DNA of 35,546 bases from Octopus bimaculoides (lineage: Eukaryota): NCBI RefSeq assembly GCF_001194135.2, contig NC_068990.1, forward strand, positions 54,927,009 through 54,962,554, read 5' to 3'. Under the pieces are notes generated by a model. It did no database searches, was not told the DNA's origin, and saw only the letters and a list, made by a program, of their open reading frames with translations. Of the stretch, positions 13,708 through 25,053 are shown piece after piece (the first letter of the stretch is position 1; each line of letters opens with the position of its first letter). The position numbers were made by a program, and so were the translations under genes.

Positions 13708-15166
13708 TTAATACTTATTTTATCGACCTCCAAAAAGACAAAAAGCAAATTTCCCCTCATCGAAATTTGAACTCAGGATGTGCAAGTGAAAGAAATTCTG
13801 CTGAGCATTTTGTTTGGCATGCTAACAACTCTACTAGCCTGGCACCTTTTAGAGAGCAATAATACTAAAAACATGTCTATAGCTGTCACACTGTTTGCTA
13901 ACAATGGTCAAATTTTTCATCTAAGAATGCAAATGAATTTCATGATAATGAATTTTAATTTTTTGGAATTATCTCCCCCTTCTCATTGAGAGCAGCTAAC
14001 AATTTCTGCTAGTTTTGTTTCCTTTCTTTAACTAAAACAAAAGTTTCAATCAATTGTTCAAAAGAGAGGGCAATTAAAGATGTACAATAGTAAGAGTGAG
14101 GGCACAAGGCCTTGTGGTTAGGTTGTTGCATTTGTGATCATAAGATAATGTTTTTGATTCACAGATCAGGCAGTGCGTTGTATTCTTGAGCAAAATGCTT
14201 CATTTCATGTTGCTCTGCGATCACTTCCAGCATGGAAAATGGACATTAAATGATGAAGATGATGGCACATATACAATTGTGCATATGCACACAAACATAC
14301 ATCTGTAAACATAAAAAACACATACACATTTGTAGACACACATCTGTGTACACACATCAGTATACACATGCACACATGCATACACATACATGTCTACACA
14401 CTTACAAATATATATTTTTTCAACTCTAGGCACAAGGCCCAAAATTTTTGGGGAGGGAGCCAGTCGATTAAATCAACCCCAGTATGCAACTGGTACTTAA
14501 TTTATCGAACATGAAAGGATGAAAGGCAAAGTCAACCTCAGCAGTATTTGAACTCAGAACATAAAGACAGACGAAATACCACTAAGCATTCTGCCTGGCA
14601 TATTAACGTTTCTGCCAGCTCACTGCTTTACACTTACAAATATATGAACCAGTGAGGAAAGCCTTTACCTAGTCACTTGACCCTGCTAGAAATAGAAACC
14701 AAATCTTCTTCAAATCACATATTACAAAAGGAAAGGGGAGAGAACATTAGAGAATGTAGCTCTCAATATCCTAAATAAATGCTATATTCACAGCTGGAAT
14801 AACTTTGGTTANNNNNNNNNNNNNNNNNNNNNNNNNNNNNNNNNNNNNNNNNNNNNNNNNNNNNNNNNNNNNNNNNNNNNNNNNNNNNNNNNNNNNNNNN
14901 NNNNNNNNNNNNNNNNNNNNNNNNNNNNNNNNNNNNNNNNNNNNNNNNNNNNNNNNNNNNNNNNNNNNNNNNNNNNNNNNNNNNNNNNNNNNNNNNNNNN
15001 NNNNNNNNNNNNNNNNNNNNNNNNNNNNNNNNNNNNNNNNNNNNNNNNNNNNNNNNNNNNNNNNNNNNNNNNNNNNNNNNNNNNNNNNNNNNNNNNNNNN
15101 NNNNNNNNNNNNNNNNNNNNNNNNNNNNNNNNNNNNNNNNNNNNNNNNNNNNNNNNNNNNNNNNNN

Positions 15167-15199
<33 letters not shown>

Positions 15200-15549
15200 A
15201 CAGGCTTCCTTCTACCAAATCTACTTACAAGGCTTTGGTTGGCCCAAGGCTATAATAGAAGACACTTGCCTAAGGTGCTGCACAGTGGGGCTGAACCCAG
15301 AACCATGTGGAAGTAAGCTTCTTATCACACAGCCACATCTGAACTCTTTGCAATTGAAAGGAAACGGTTGTGAAATTATTATGAATAGAATTGTGTGCAC
15401 ATATGAACTAATAACGTCCTGTATGTTTTGCCCCTCTGAAGGAATGAGTACCATTAGCCATACTCATAATAGCAGGTATAGCATCACAATTATACAAGTG
15501 AAATGAAGGAGGTTATCTCCCTCTACTTTCTCCCTATTAACCTTCTTAA

Positions 15550-15770
15550 CCCTTTAACTGCGAAATTAAATTTTATGGTTATTCCAGTAATGATGTTAGA
15601 TATTCACCCAAATTATAGAACTGGTATTTTCTGCAAGTCACATATCCTCTCAAAAATAGTTTCAAACATGACATTCCTTAACAAAAGATAGAATAGTATA
15701 TAAAACTGTTTTACACTGTGATGAATGATGAAACTTTGACAGAATATATCTGATCTCCACAGCAGAAGGG
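15550..15770. mobile_element. piggyBac-type MITE
   Basis: TTAA|CCCTT...AAGGG|TTAA with degenerate TIRs. Confidence 0.7.
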
Positions 15771-15889
15771 TTAAAACCAATAAGTAACACAGTATAATAT
15801 ACACAAGTCCTGTCTTATTTTAATGAATCCAATCTCATTATTGCTCACTTTTCATTTGTAAACTCCAACTTGGTTCTGTGTTACAAGAG

Positions 15890-16200
15890 AGGAGAAGATG
15901 GGAATAATAGAGAAAAGACGGGGAAGGGAGTATTAAAGAAACAAAGAAAATAATAAAGAACAAGAGGGAGGAAGTTATAAGGAAAAAACAAAGGAAGTTA
16001 TAAAGAGGAAGAAAATTTTAGAGAAAGAAAGAGAAAGTAATAGAGAGAGAGAGAGAGAGAGAGAGAGAAGGAGGAAGTAATAGAGAAAGAGAGGAATTGT
16101 AAATGGAAGAAGAAATAGACAGGATTGAGAGTAAGAAGAAAGAGAGAGCGAGAGTGTGTGTTTGTATATGTATGTCTGAAAGAGATACATTAAAAAGAAA
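15890..16200. repeat. Purine-rich low-complexity and (GA)n tract; other SSRs include (TAT)n/(CTT)n at 6270-6725, (CT)n at 16997-17070, (CAT)n at 26301-26376 and many (TA)n/(CA)n
   Basis: Read directly from the sequence. Confidence 0.9.
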
Positions 16201-16995
16201 AAGCTAAGATTCCTGACACTGCGTTTGATTGGCTTGATATAATTATAGCTTACTACAGACGTTCCTGTTCATCAGGCGACAATGTTACCCTTTCCTACAC
16301 ACACACACACACAACCCCAAACCTCACATCACTCTGAAAACTTGACAGAAATTACAGTTCATGGAAGAAAATCACTGCTTGTAGTTATGTCACTATGAAA
16401 GGTAGCAAGAGTAGAAGTAACAGTTCAACACTGCAGACAGTAAGTTGTGATGGTACACACAAATAATTACAACAGGTCACCAAATCAGCCATGGCATAAA
16501 TATTGGTATGACAAAGAATGGTTATGGTTGTGTCTTGTATGGCTTGTAATGGGTTAGTTAAATGATAGCGATAGTAGTATGTAGATGAGTGTCAGGTCTG
16601 TTATTAGCCTAATTAATTGATCGAAATAATGAAGCTAATTTACTAGTATTAGTGATTGTTATTTTAATTTTCAGACACGGTAGCAATGAAGATGACACTG
16701 CATAGAAAGAAATTGTCCAGATGCTTCTTTGCAGTGCTACACCTCAAAGAATTTGAATCACAAGAACTGTCTTTAGTTCCATCTCTCTGGTTAATAAATG
16801 AAATTCCTGTATAATATAATGGAAATGGGTTATACAGGCATGACTGTTTGGTGAAGGAAGGAGCTCACTTTCCAACCACATGGCTCTGGGTTCAGTCTCA
16901 TTCCAATGTGTGGCACTTCAGGCAAATGTCTTCTATTGTAGACCTGGACCAACTAATGCTTTGTGAATGAAAGCTGTAGACAGAACCTGTATGAG

Positions 16996-17074
<79 letters not shown>

Positions 17075-17159
17075 GTGCGTGTGTTTTTTTTTTTACATTT
17101 ATGAATTTGTCTTGCAAGATTCCTGATGTGAAATCATGTGTTGAAACAGGTATTGTTAT

Positions 17160-17552
17160 AGTTTATATGTGTAGTATTTAGGTTACATATATATATTGTT
17201 ATATTTTGGGATGGTCATTTTTTTTTCTTAAGAAATAAACACACACACTTGTTCACTTGTTTATTATTGTTCTTATTTTATGTGCTTTGTCTGAAAACCT
17301 TTTATCACACACTTGTGACCTCTTCAGCAACTCTGAACCCCATGTGTCTCACACTGGTATAGAGAGTCACTGAAGGGGTCACAGGTGCGTGATGAAAGAT
17401 TTCCAGACAATGGACATAAGATAAAATAAGAACAGTAATAAATGAGTGAAGAACAAACATAGTGTGTGTGTGTTTATTTAGCAAGAAAAAAAAATGACCA
17501 TCCCAAAATATAACAATATATATATGTAACCTAAATACTACACATATAAACT
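17160..17552. repeat. About 390-bp imperfect palindrome (foldback element)
   Basis: 17160-17229 is the perfect reverse complement of 17483-17552. Interior arms continue with mismatches to a loop near 17335-17360. Confidence 0.9.
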
Positions 17553-17824
17553 GGGTAAATTTAACTATTTCTCCACTGACTGAAAAAAAAATACTGAACA
17601 GCCATAATCATTTTCTGAACCTTATTGTGTTCTTATCCGAAGTGTTTACATCACGTGAATAATCCTTGAGAAATAAGCAGCCAATCTGTTTATATGCTCA
17701 ACAAATTCAGTAGCTACAGAGGACTGGAGCTGTTAATTTGCATACTGTAAGCATTTAACACTTTAATATCAGAGACTTGTCAATGGGGATCTCAGTCCAT
17801 TCAGTATCAAGGCATAATATAATA

Positions 17825-18035
17825 TGTGTAACTTATGTAGTATATTACCAAACCATTCAATTTTTTTTCTCCCTGTTTTTCTCCTTGTTTTCTCCATATT
17901 CTTTCTGTTGAAGAGCGTAGCTCGAAACGTTAAAGACTTTCTCTATTCCCGAACGTTAAACTAATACATCCTTTTGTTGTTTACACCACCTGTCCTCGTC
18001 TGTTGTTGTTTTTTTCGTAAATTCTCCCATATATA
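17825..18035 (+). mobile_element. Short repeat with a hammerhead-like motif, ending in (TA)n; Penelope-like terminus suspected
   Basis: TCTTT CTGTTGA A GAGC GTA GCTC GAAA CG TT AAAGA at 17900-17936. Confidence 0.5.
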
Positions 18036-21000
18036 ATACACGCTTACGTGGTTGCACCAGCTAATCCTGTCTCCACTCATCAAACACGAACTTCTGGATT
18101 CTACCTTCTTTCATTCTGGATTTACTCTTTCTGGACTGTTTTATTCTGAACTCTACACTCTCTGGCTGCACCTCTCCTACCCACGGATTACACTGGACCC
18201 ATCTTCTGATAGGAAATCGCCTCAATATACCACAACGTCTAAAACTTTTGAACTTNNNNNNNNNNNNNNNNNNNNNNNNNNNNNNNNNNNNNNNNNNNNN
18301 NNNNNNNNNNNNNNNNNNNNNNNNNNNNNNNNNNNNNNNNNNNNNNNNNNNNNNNNNNNNNNNNNNNNNNNNNNNNNNNNNNNNNNNNNNNNNNNNNNNN
18401 NNNNNNNNNNNNNNNNNNNNNNNNNNNNNNNNNNNNNNNNNNNNNNNNNNNNNNNNNNNNNNNNNNNNNNNNNNNNNNNNNNNNNNNNNNNNNNNNNNNN
18501 NNNNNNNNNNNNNNNNNNNNNNNNNNNNNNNNNNNNNNNNNNNNNNNNNNNNNNNNNNNNNNNNNNNNNNNNNNNNNNNNNNNNNNNNNNNNNNNNNNNN
18601 NNNNNNNNNNNNNNNNNNNNNNNNNNNNNNNNNNNNNNNNNNNNTATATATATATATATATATATATGTATAAGATATGAGGAGTTTTGATCAGGATGAC
18701 TCAACCAAATAGGTATGTGTTCTGAGTGTGCAAATAGGTGTGCCACCAAAATTCCAGTTAGAACAACATTTGAAGTTGTGGTTGTGTGATTATCTTATTT
18801 AAAAAAATGGTTGATGGTGACTTTGCTTTGAGCCAGTAGGTATAAGTTAAAGTAGTGAGGCAAGGCAAAGGTCGTGAGGAAAGGCAAAAGCAGTGAAAGA
18901 ATATCCTTGTCCTGCCTTGACTAATTGTTTGCCTTTCCTCACTACTATATACATATTCTTTTATTCTTTTACTTGTTTCAGTCATTTGACTGTGGCCATG
19001 CTGGAGCACCACCATTAGTCGAAGAAATCGACCCCAGAACTTATTCTTTGTAAGCCTCGTACTTATTCTATCGATCTTTTGTCAAACCGTTAAGTTACAG
19101 GGACGTAAACACACCAACATCAGTTGTCAAACAATAGTGGGACTCACATGCATATATATACAACAGGCCTCTTTCATGTTCCGTCTATCAAATCCACTCA
19201 CAAGGCTTTGGTCAGCCTGAGTCTATAGTAGAAGATACTTGCTCAAGGTCCTACATAGTGGGACTGAAACCACAATCATGTGGTTGGTAAGCAAGCTCCT
19301 TACCACACAGCCACTCCTGCACCTATATATGCATGTATGTATGTATGTATGTATGTATGTATCTATCTATCTATCTATCTATCTCTCTATATATATATAT
19401 ACAAAAATAAGAGGAGTGACCTGCAAAAGTGGACTCCTATATGCTAGAAATAGATGCCGAATCATCTAACCACGAGAAAAAATATATGTTCTCAGTAAAA
19501 TTGAGAACATATATTTTTCTCGTGGTTAGATGATTCNNNNNNNNNNNNNNNNNNNNNNNNNNNNNNNNNNNNNNNNNNNNNNNNNNNNNNNNNNNNNNNN
19601 NNNNNNNNNNNNNNNNNNNNNNNNNNNNNNNNNNNNNNNNNNNNNNNNNNNNNNNNNNNNNNNNNNNNNNNNNNNNNNNNNNNNNNNNNNNNNNNNNNNN
19701 NNNNNNNNNNNNNNNNNNNNNNNNNNNNNNNNNNNNNNNNNNNNNNNNNNNNNNNNNNNNNNNNNNNNNNNNNNNNNNNNNNNNNNNNNNNNNNNNNNNN
19801 NNNNNNNNNNNNNNNNNNNNNNNNNNNNATATATATATATATATAAACAAGGCAAATTTAACTATCTGAAACATTCTAGTATGAAAAGCAGACATCAAAT
19901 ACACTGATGATAGGAATGATTCTTGAACACCATAGCTGTTCCGTATATGTGCGTGGGTGTTTGTCCCTCCTCCACTATTTGACAAACCTGTAACTGAGCA
20001 GTTTGGCAAGACTTAAGATAAAAACGGACTAGGGATGATTTGTTTAACTAAACCCTTCAAGGCAATAGCCTGGCATGATCACAGTCCAATGACTGAAACA
20101 ATCAAAAGATAAAAGAAAATAGAGTAGTAATGAATAGTACTGATGGGGCTTTATACAGCTGCTGATTTGGCTGTAAACCTTCAAGTTCACTTATGCATGT
20201 GTAATATGCTGCTCACTTATACACATACACATATGTGTGTGTTGTGTGTGTGTGTGGAGGCACAATGGCCCAGTGGTTAGGGTAGCGGACTTGCAGTCAT
20301 AGGATCGCAGTTTCGATTCTCAGACCGGGCGTTGTAAGTGTTTATTGAGCAAAAACACCTAAGGCTCCACGAGGCTCCGGCAGGGGATGGTGGCGAACCC
20401 TGCTGTACTCTTTCACCACAACTTTCTCTCACTCTTACCTCCTGTTTCTGTTGTGCCTGTAATTCAAAGGGTCAGCCTTGTCACACTGTGTCACACTGAA
20501 TATCCCCNNNNNNNNNNNNNNNNNNNNNNNNNNNNNNNNNNNNNNNNNNNNNNNNNNNNNNNNNNNNNNNNNNNNNNNNNNNNNNNNNNNNNNNNNNNNN
20601 NNNNNNNNNNNNNNNNNNNNNNNNNNNNNNNNNNNNNNNNNNNNNNNNNNNNNNNNNNNNNNNNNNNNNNNNNNNNNNNNNNNNNNNNNNNNNNNNNNNN
20701 NNNNNNNNNNNNNNNNNNNNNNNNNNNNNNNNNNNNNNNNNNNNNNNNNNNNNNNNNNNNNNNNNNNNNNNNNNNNNNNNNNNNNNNNNNNNNNNNNNNN
20801 NNNNNNNNNNNNNNNNNNNNNNNNNNNNNNNNNNNNNNNNNNNNNNNNNNNNNNNNNNNNNNNNNNNNNNNNNNNNNNNNNNNNNNNNNNNNNNNNNNNN
20901 NNNNNNNNNNNNNNNNNNNNNNNNNNNNNNNNNNNNNNNNNNNNNNNNNNNNNNNNNNNNNNNNNNNNNNNNNNNNNNNNNNNNNNNNNNNNNNNNNNNN

Positions 21001-21312
21001 NNNNNNNNNNNNNNNNNNNNNNNNNNNNNNNNNNNNNNNNNNNNNNNNNNNNNNNNNNNNNNNNNNNNNNNNNNNNNNNNNNNNNNNNNNNNNNGTGATT
21101 GCTGTCAGCAGACTGTTTAGTTTAGTAGTAAAGTACTCAGCCAGTATCTCAGGGGTACAAGCTCAAGTCCTGTAGCCGTCTGCTGACAACTTTTTTCCTC
21201 TTGTAAGGGTAAAATATCCAATCTTTCTGCTGTTTTCACGGCTATACTGTGTTCAAAATTTACTTCCATGTCTATAATATATATATATTAATATATTCTG
21301 TTTTCAATTTGC

Positions 21313-21372
<60 letters not shown>

Positions 21373-21653
21373 TATATATATGCACACACACACACACACA
21401 CATATATATACATATATAAACATACTTTTAGTTCATGCAATTGAAAAAACTACATTATTTATGGGATGACCCAATATATATATATATATATACATATATA
21501 TATTAATAGTTATCGCCAAGCCAACATGGCAGTCNNNNNNNNNNNNNNNNNNNNNNNNNNNNNNNNNNNNNNNNNNNNNNNNNNNNNNNNNNNNNNNNNA
21601 GCTGCCGTGAATTAGCTCCAAGAAGCCATCGCCTCTAGCTAGCTATGTGACAC

Positions 21654-21714
<61 letters not shown>

Positions 21715-23174
21715 TATATATACATATATAAACATACTTTTCGTCCATGTTGGCTTGGCGGTAACTATTAATTTCCAGTACCGCTGCCGTAGTCTCCTTT
21801 AGAGAGACTTAGAAATATTAATAACTCTATTACATATATATATATATATATATATAATGGGCTTCTTTCAGTTTCTATCTACCAAATCTACTCACAAGAN
21901 NNNNNNNNNNNNNNNNNNNNNNNNNNNNNNNNNNNNNNNNNNNNNNNNNNNNNNNNNNNNNNNNNNNNNNNNNNNNNNNNNNNNNNNNNNNNNNNNNNNN
22001 NNNNNNNNNNNNNNNNNNNNNNNNNNNNNNNNNNNNNNNNNNNNNNNNNNNNNNNNNNNNNNNNNNNNNNNNNNNNNNNNNNNNNNNNNNNNNNNNNNNN
22101 NNNNNNNNNNNNNNNNNNNNNNNNNNNNNNNNNNNNNNNNNNNNNNNNNNNNNNNNNNNNNNNNNNNNNNNNNNNNNNNNNNNNNNNNNNNNNNNNNNNN
22201 NNNNNNNNNNNNNNNNNNNNNNNNNNNNNNNNNNNNNNNNNNNNNNNNNNNNNNNNNNNNNNNNNNNNNNNNNNNNNNNNNNNNNNNNNNNNNNNNNNNN
22301 NNNNNNNNNNNNNNNNNNNNNNNNNNNNNNNNNNNNNNNNNNNNNNNNNNNNNNNNNNNNNNNNNNNNNNNNNNNNNNNNNNNNNNNNNNNNNNNNNNNN
22401 NNNNNNNNNNNNNNNNNNNNNNNNNNNNNNNNNNNNNNNNNNNNNNNNNNNNNNNNNNNNNNNNNNNNNNNNNNNNNNNNNNNNNNNNNNNNNNNNNNNN
22501 NNNNNNNNNNNNNNNNNNNNNNNNNNNNNNNNNNNNNNNNNNNNNNNNNNNNNNNNNNNNNNNNNNNNNNNNNNNNNNNNNNNNNNNNNNNNNNNNNNNN
22601 NNNNNNNNNNNNNNNNNNNNNNNNNNNNNNNNNNNNNNNNNNNNNNNNNNNNNNNNNNNNNNNNNNNNNNNNNNNNNNNNNNNNNNNNNNNNNNNNNNNN
22701 NNNNNNNNNNNNNNNNNNNNNNNNNNNNNNNNNNNNNNNNNNNNNNNNNNNNNNNNTCCATGTTGGCTTGGCGGTAACTATTAATTTCCAGTACCGCTGC
22801 CGTAGTCTCCTTTAGAGAGACTTAGAAATATTAATAACTCTATTACATATATATATATATATATATATAATGGGCTTCTTTCAGTTTCTATCTACCAAAT
22901 CTACTCACAAGATTTTAGTCAGCCTGAGGTGCTATGCAGTGAGATTGAGTCCAGAACCATGTTGCTGGGACGCAAATTACATGTTAATTATGTATATATG
23001 TTTGCTTCTTTTTGCACTAGTGTGCATGTTTATACATATTTATGTGGGAGAATTTTAGAGAATTTACACACAAAATGTCTATGTATGAATGTGAATCTTT
23101 GATTGTGCTGAAATGAATATGGATACTTAAGGTTTGCATTTTTTGAGTATATTGTTCAGTAATTAAAGTTGTTA

Positions 23175-23470
23175 TTGGCGAAGGTTTGTGGTTTAGTAGT
23201 TAGGATATTCAGCTCATGAGTTTGATTCCCCCAGGGCACATTGTATCCTTGAACAAGACACTTTATTTCACATTGCTCCAGTCCACTCAGCTGGTGAAAA
23301 TGAGTAGAACCTGTATTTCAAAGGGCCAGCCTTGTCCCATTTTTTGTCATCCTGAATTATGTTAAGGATACACGTGTCTGTGGAGTGCTCAGTCACTTGT
23401 ACATTAATTTCATGAGTAGGTTGTTCCATTGATTGGATCAACTGGAACTCTCATTGTCATTGTCGACATA
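23175..23470 (+). mobile_element. tRNA-headed SINE family a, about 40 bp from the exon donor
   Basis: GTGGTTTAGTAGTTAGG...GAGTTTGATTCC...CAAGACACTTTATTTCACATTGCTCCAGTCCACTCAGCTGG...GATCAACTGGAAC. Related copies near 2005-2290 (-), 2375-2690 (+), 8050-8275 (-), 20258-20507 (+), 29995-30140 (+), 33068-33400 (-), 34093-34358 (-). Confidence 0.8.
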
Positions 23471-23509
23471 GTGTTAGAAAAAAAAAAAATTGATGAAATA
23501 TCGACTTAC

Positions 23510-23691
23510 CTTATTTGCTAGTAATACACATGGTATATTGCTGCCATCAGGTAACTGAACCTTACTGTCTAAGTCATTTTTCCATTTAACCACAGCCTCA
23601 AATGTTGGTACTCTTGTTACATCAAACACTACAAATGCTCCAACAGCCTCTTTATAGTACACTCGTGTCATGTTACCAAATCGTTCTTGAC
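23510..23691 (-). CDS. RAB32: Rab32/38 coding exon (182 nt, switch II to G4)
   Basis: ctgcag|GT CAA...AAT AAG|gtaagt translates (G)QERFGNMTRVYYKEAVGAFVVFDVTRVPTFEAVVKWKNDLDSKVQLPDGSNIPCVLLANK. Confidence 0.96.
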
Positions 23692-24466
23692 CTGCAGTTA
23701 ATGTTTAGAAAAATCATTACAAATTACAAGCATATTGGAGTGGAAAAAGAAATGTAACTAATAGACTCTTTGATATAAAAACTCATTGATAAATGTCAGA
23801 TAACTTCATACAGAATATAAATAGAGAAATTATTTTTTAATTTTCTTTTTATTTGAATTAAATTTGTTCTATTTAATGAAACAAGGTTATCTCTGTAAGA
23901 ACAACTCCTTAAGATTATCATAAAATATTTGGTGGCGTGACATTGTACACTTATTTATTATAGGAGTAAACTGAAACCTATCAGAGTATATAATGTTATT
24001 GTTTATATATAGCTAACATCGGATGTAAAATTGGTTTCAAATTTTGGTACAGGAATTTCGGGGCAGGGAGTAAGTCAATTACAGTGACCCCAGTGCTTAA
24101 TTGCTACTTGTTTTACCAACCTCAAAAGGATGAAGGGCACAGTCAATCTCGGCAGAATTTGAACTCAGAATATAAAAGCAGACAAAATGCTGCTAAGCAT
24201 TTTGCCTGGTGTGCTAATGACTCTGCCAACTTGCTGTCTTGACATTATATGTAATATTCCTATTAGCAGGATAGTTACCTTCCATAGCAGCATGCATTTT
24301 TTGCATGTTCTCCCAGAAAATAATACCTTACCTGTTATATAGAGAATTTGATGGAGCTTTGAATGTGGATATTCCACCAGTATTTCTTGTCAGTTAAAAT
24401 ATAGATACCTTCATGCTTATTGCTTGGTTAAATGCCACATAAAATGTAATGTTTATTGATGTAGAT

Positions 24467-25053
24467 CAGTGGCTCTCAACCATATTTTTCCTATGGACCC
24501 CTTTGATTCCTATTTTGCTCTATTGGACCCCTATAGCTATTTGAAGTTTAAAATTCCCATTCATCATCATCATCATCATCATTTAACGTCCGCTTTCCAT
24601 GCTAGCATGGGTTGGACGATTTGACTGAGGACTGGTGAACCAGATGGCTACACCAGGCTCCAATCTGATTTGGCAGAGTTTCTACAGCTGGATGCCCTTC
24701 CTAATGCCAACCACTCCGAGAGTGTAGTGGGTGCTTTTACGTGCCACCGGCATGAAGGCCAGTCAGGCGGTACTGGCAATGGCCACGCTCAAAATGGTGT
24801 ATTTTACGTGCCACCTGCACAGGAGCCAGTCCAACGGCACTGGCAACAATCTCACTCAAATGTCTTTACAGGTGCCAGGAAGGCGACGCTGGGCACAGGT
24901 GCCATCACGATTTCGCTTCGTTCATCCTCTCGCCATTATATTTTTATAATTAAATTTAAAAATTGCTAAAATATTGTGTGTAAAGTAGAAGTATAACCAA
25001 TTTATTGGGCATAATTTTTAATAATTTGTGTAGACCCCAGTTGAAAACCACTG
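24467..25053. mobile_element. hAT-type MITE interrupted by a SINE-like insertion
   Basis: TIRs CAGTGGCTCTCAAC / GTTGAAAACCACTG. 8-bp TSD ATGTAGAT / ATGAAGAT (7 of 8 match). Confidence 0.85.
24562..24932 (-). mobile_element. Young SINE-like element with (ATG)n tail, nested in the hAT MITE
   Basis: (CAT)n followed by TTTAACGTCCGCTTTCCATGCTAGCATGGGTTGG, shared with copies near 3540-3800, 3845-4128, 26300-26745 and 28705-29030. Many CpGs retained. Possible CCATT TSD at 24557-61 and 24933-37. Confidence 0.75.

Noticed and set aside
18040-18236. Possible solo LTR on the minus strand (TGTGG start, internal AATAAA)
   Set aside because: No matching terminal inverted end or 4-6-bp TSD could be established, and it adjoins a gap.
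20258-20330. tRNA gene-like sequence (also at other SINE heads)
   Set aside because: It has A and B boxes but runs straight into a SINE body and has no proper acceptor stem.
21744-22912. Identical 156-bp sequences at 21744-21899 and 22757-22912 either side of an N gap
   Set aside because: They are 100% identical, including microsatellite length, and both abut the gap. Most likely overlapping contig ends, so an assembly artefact.
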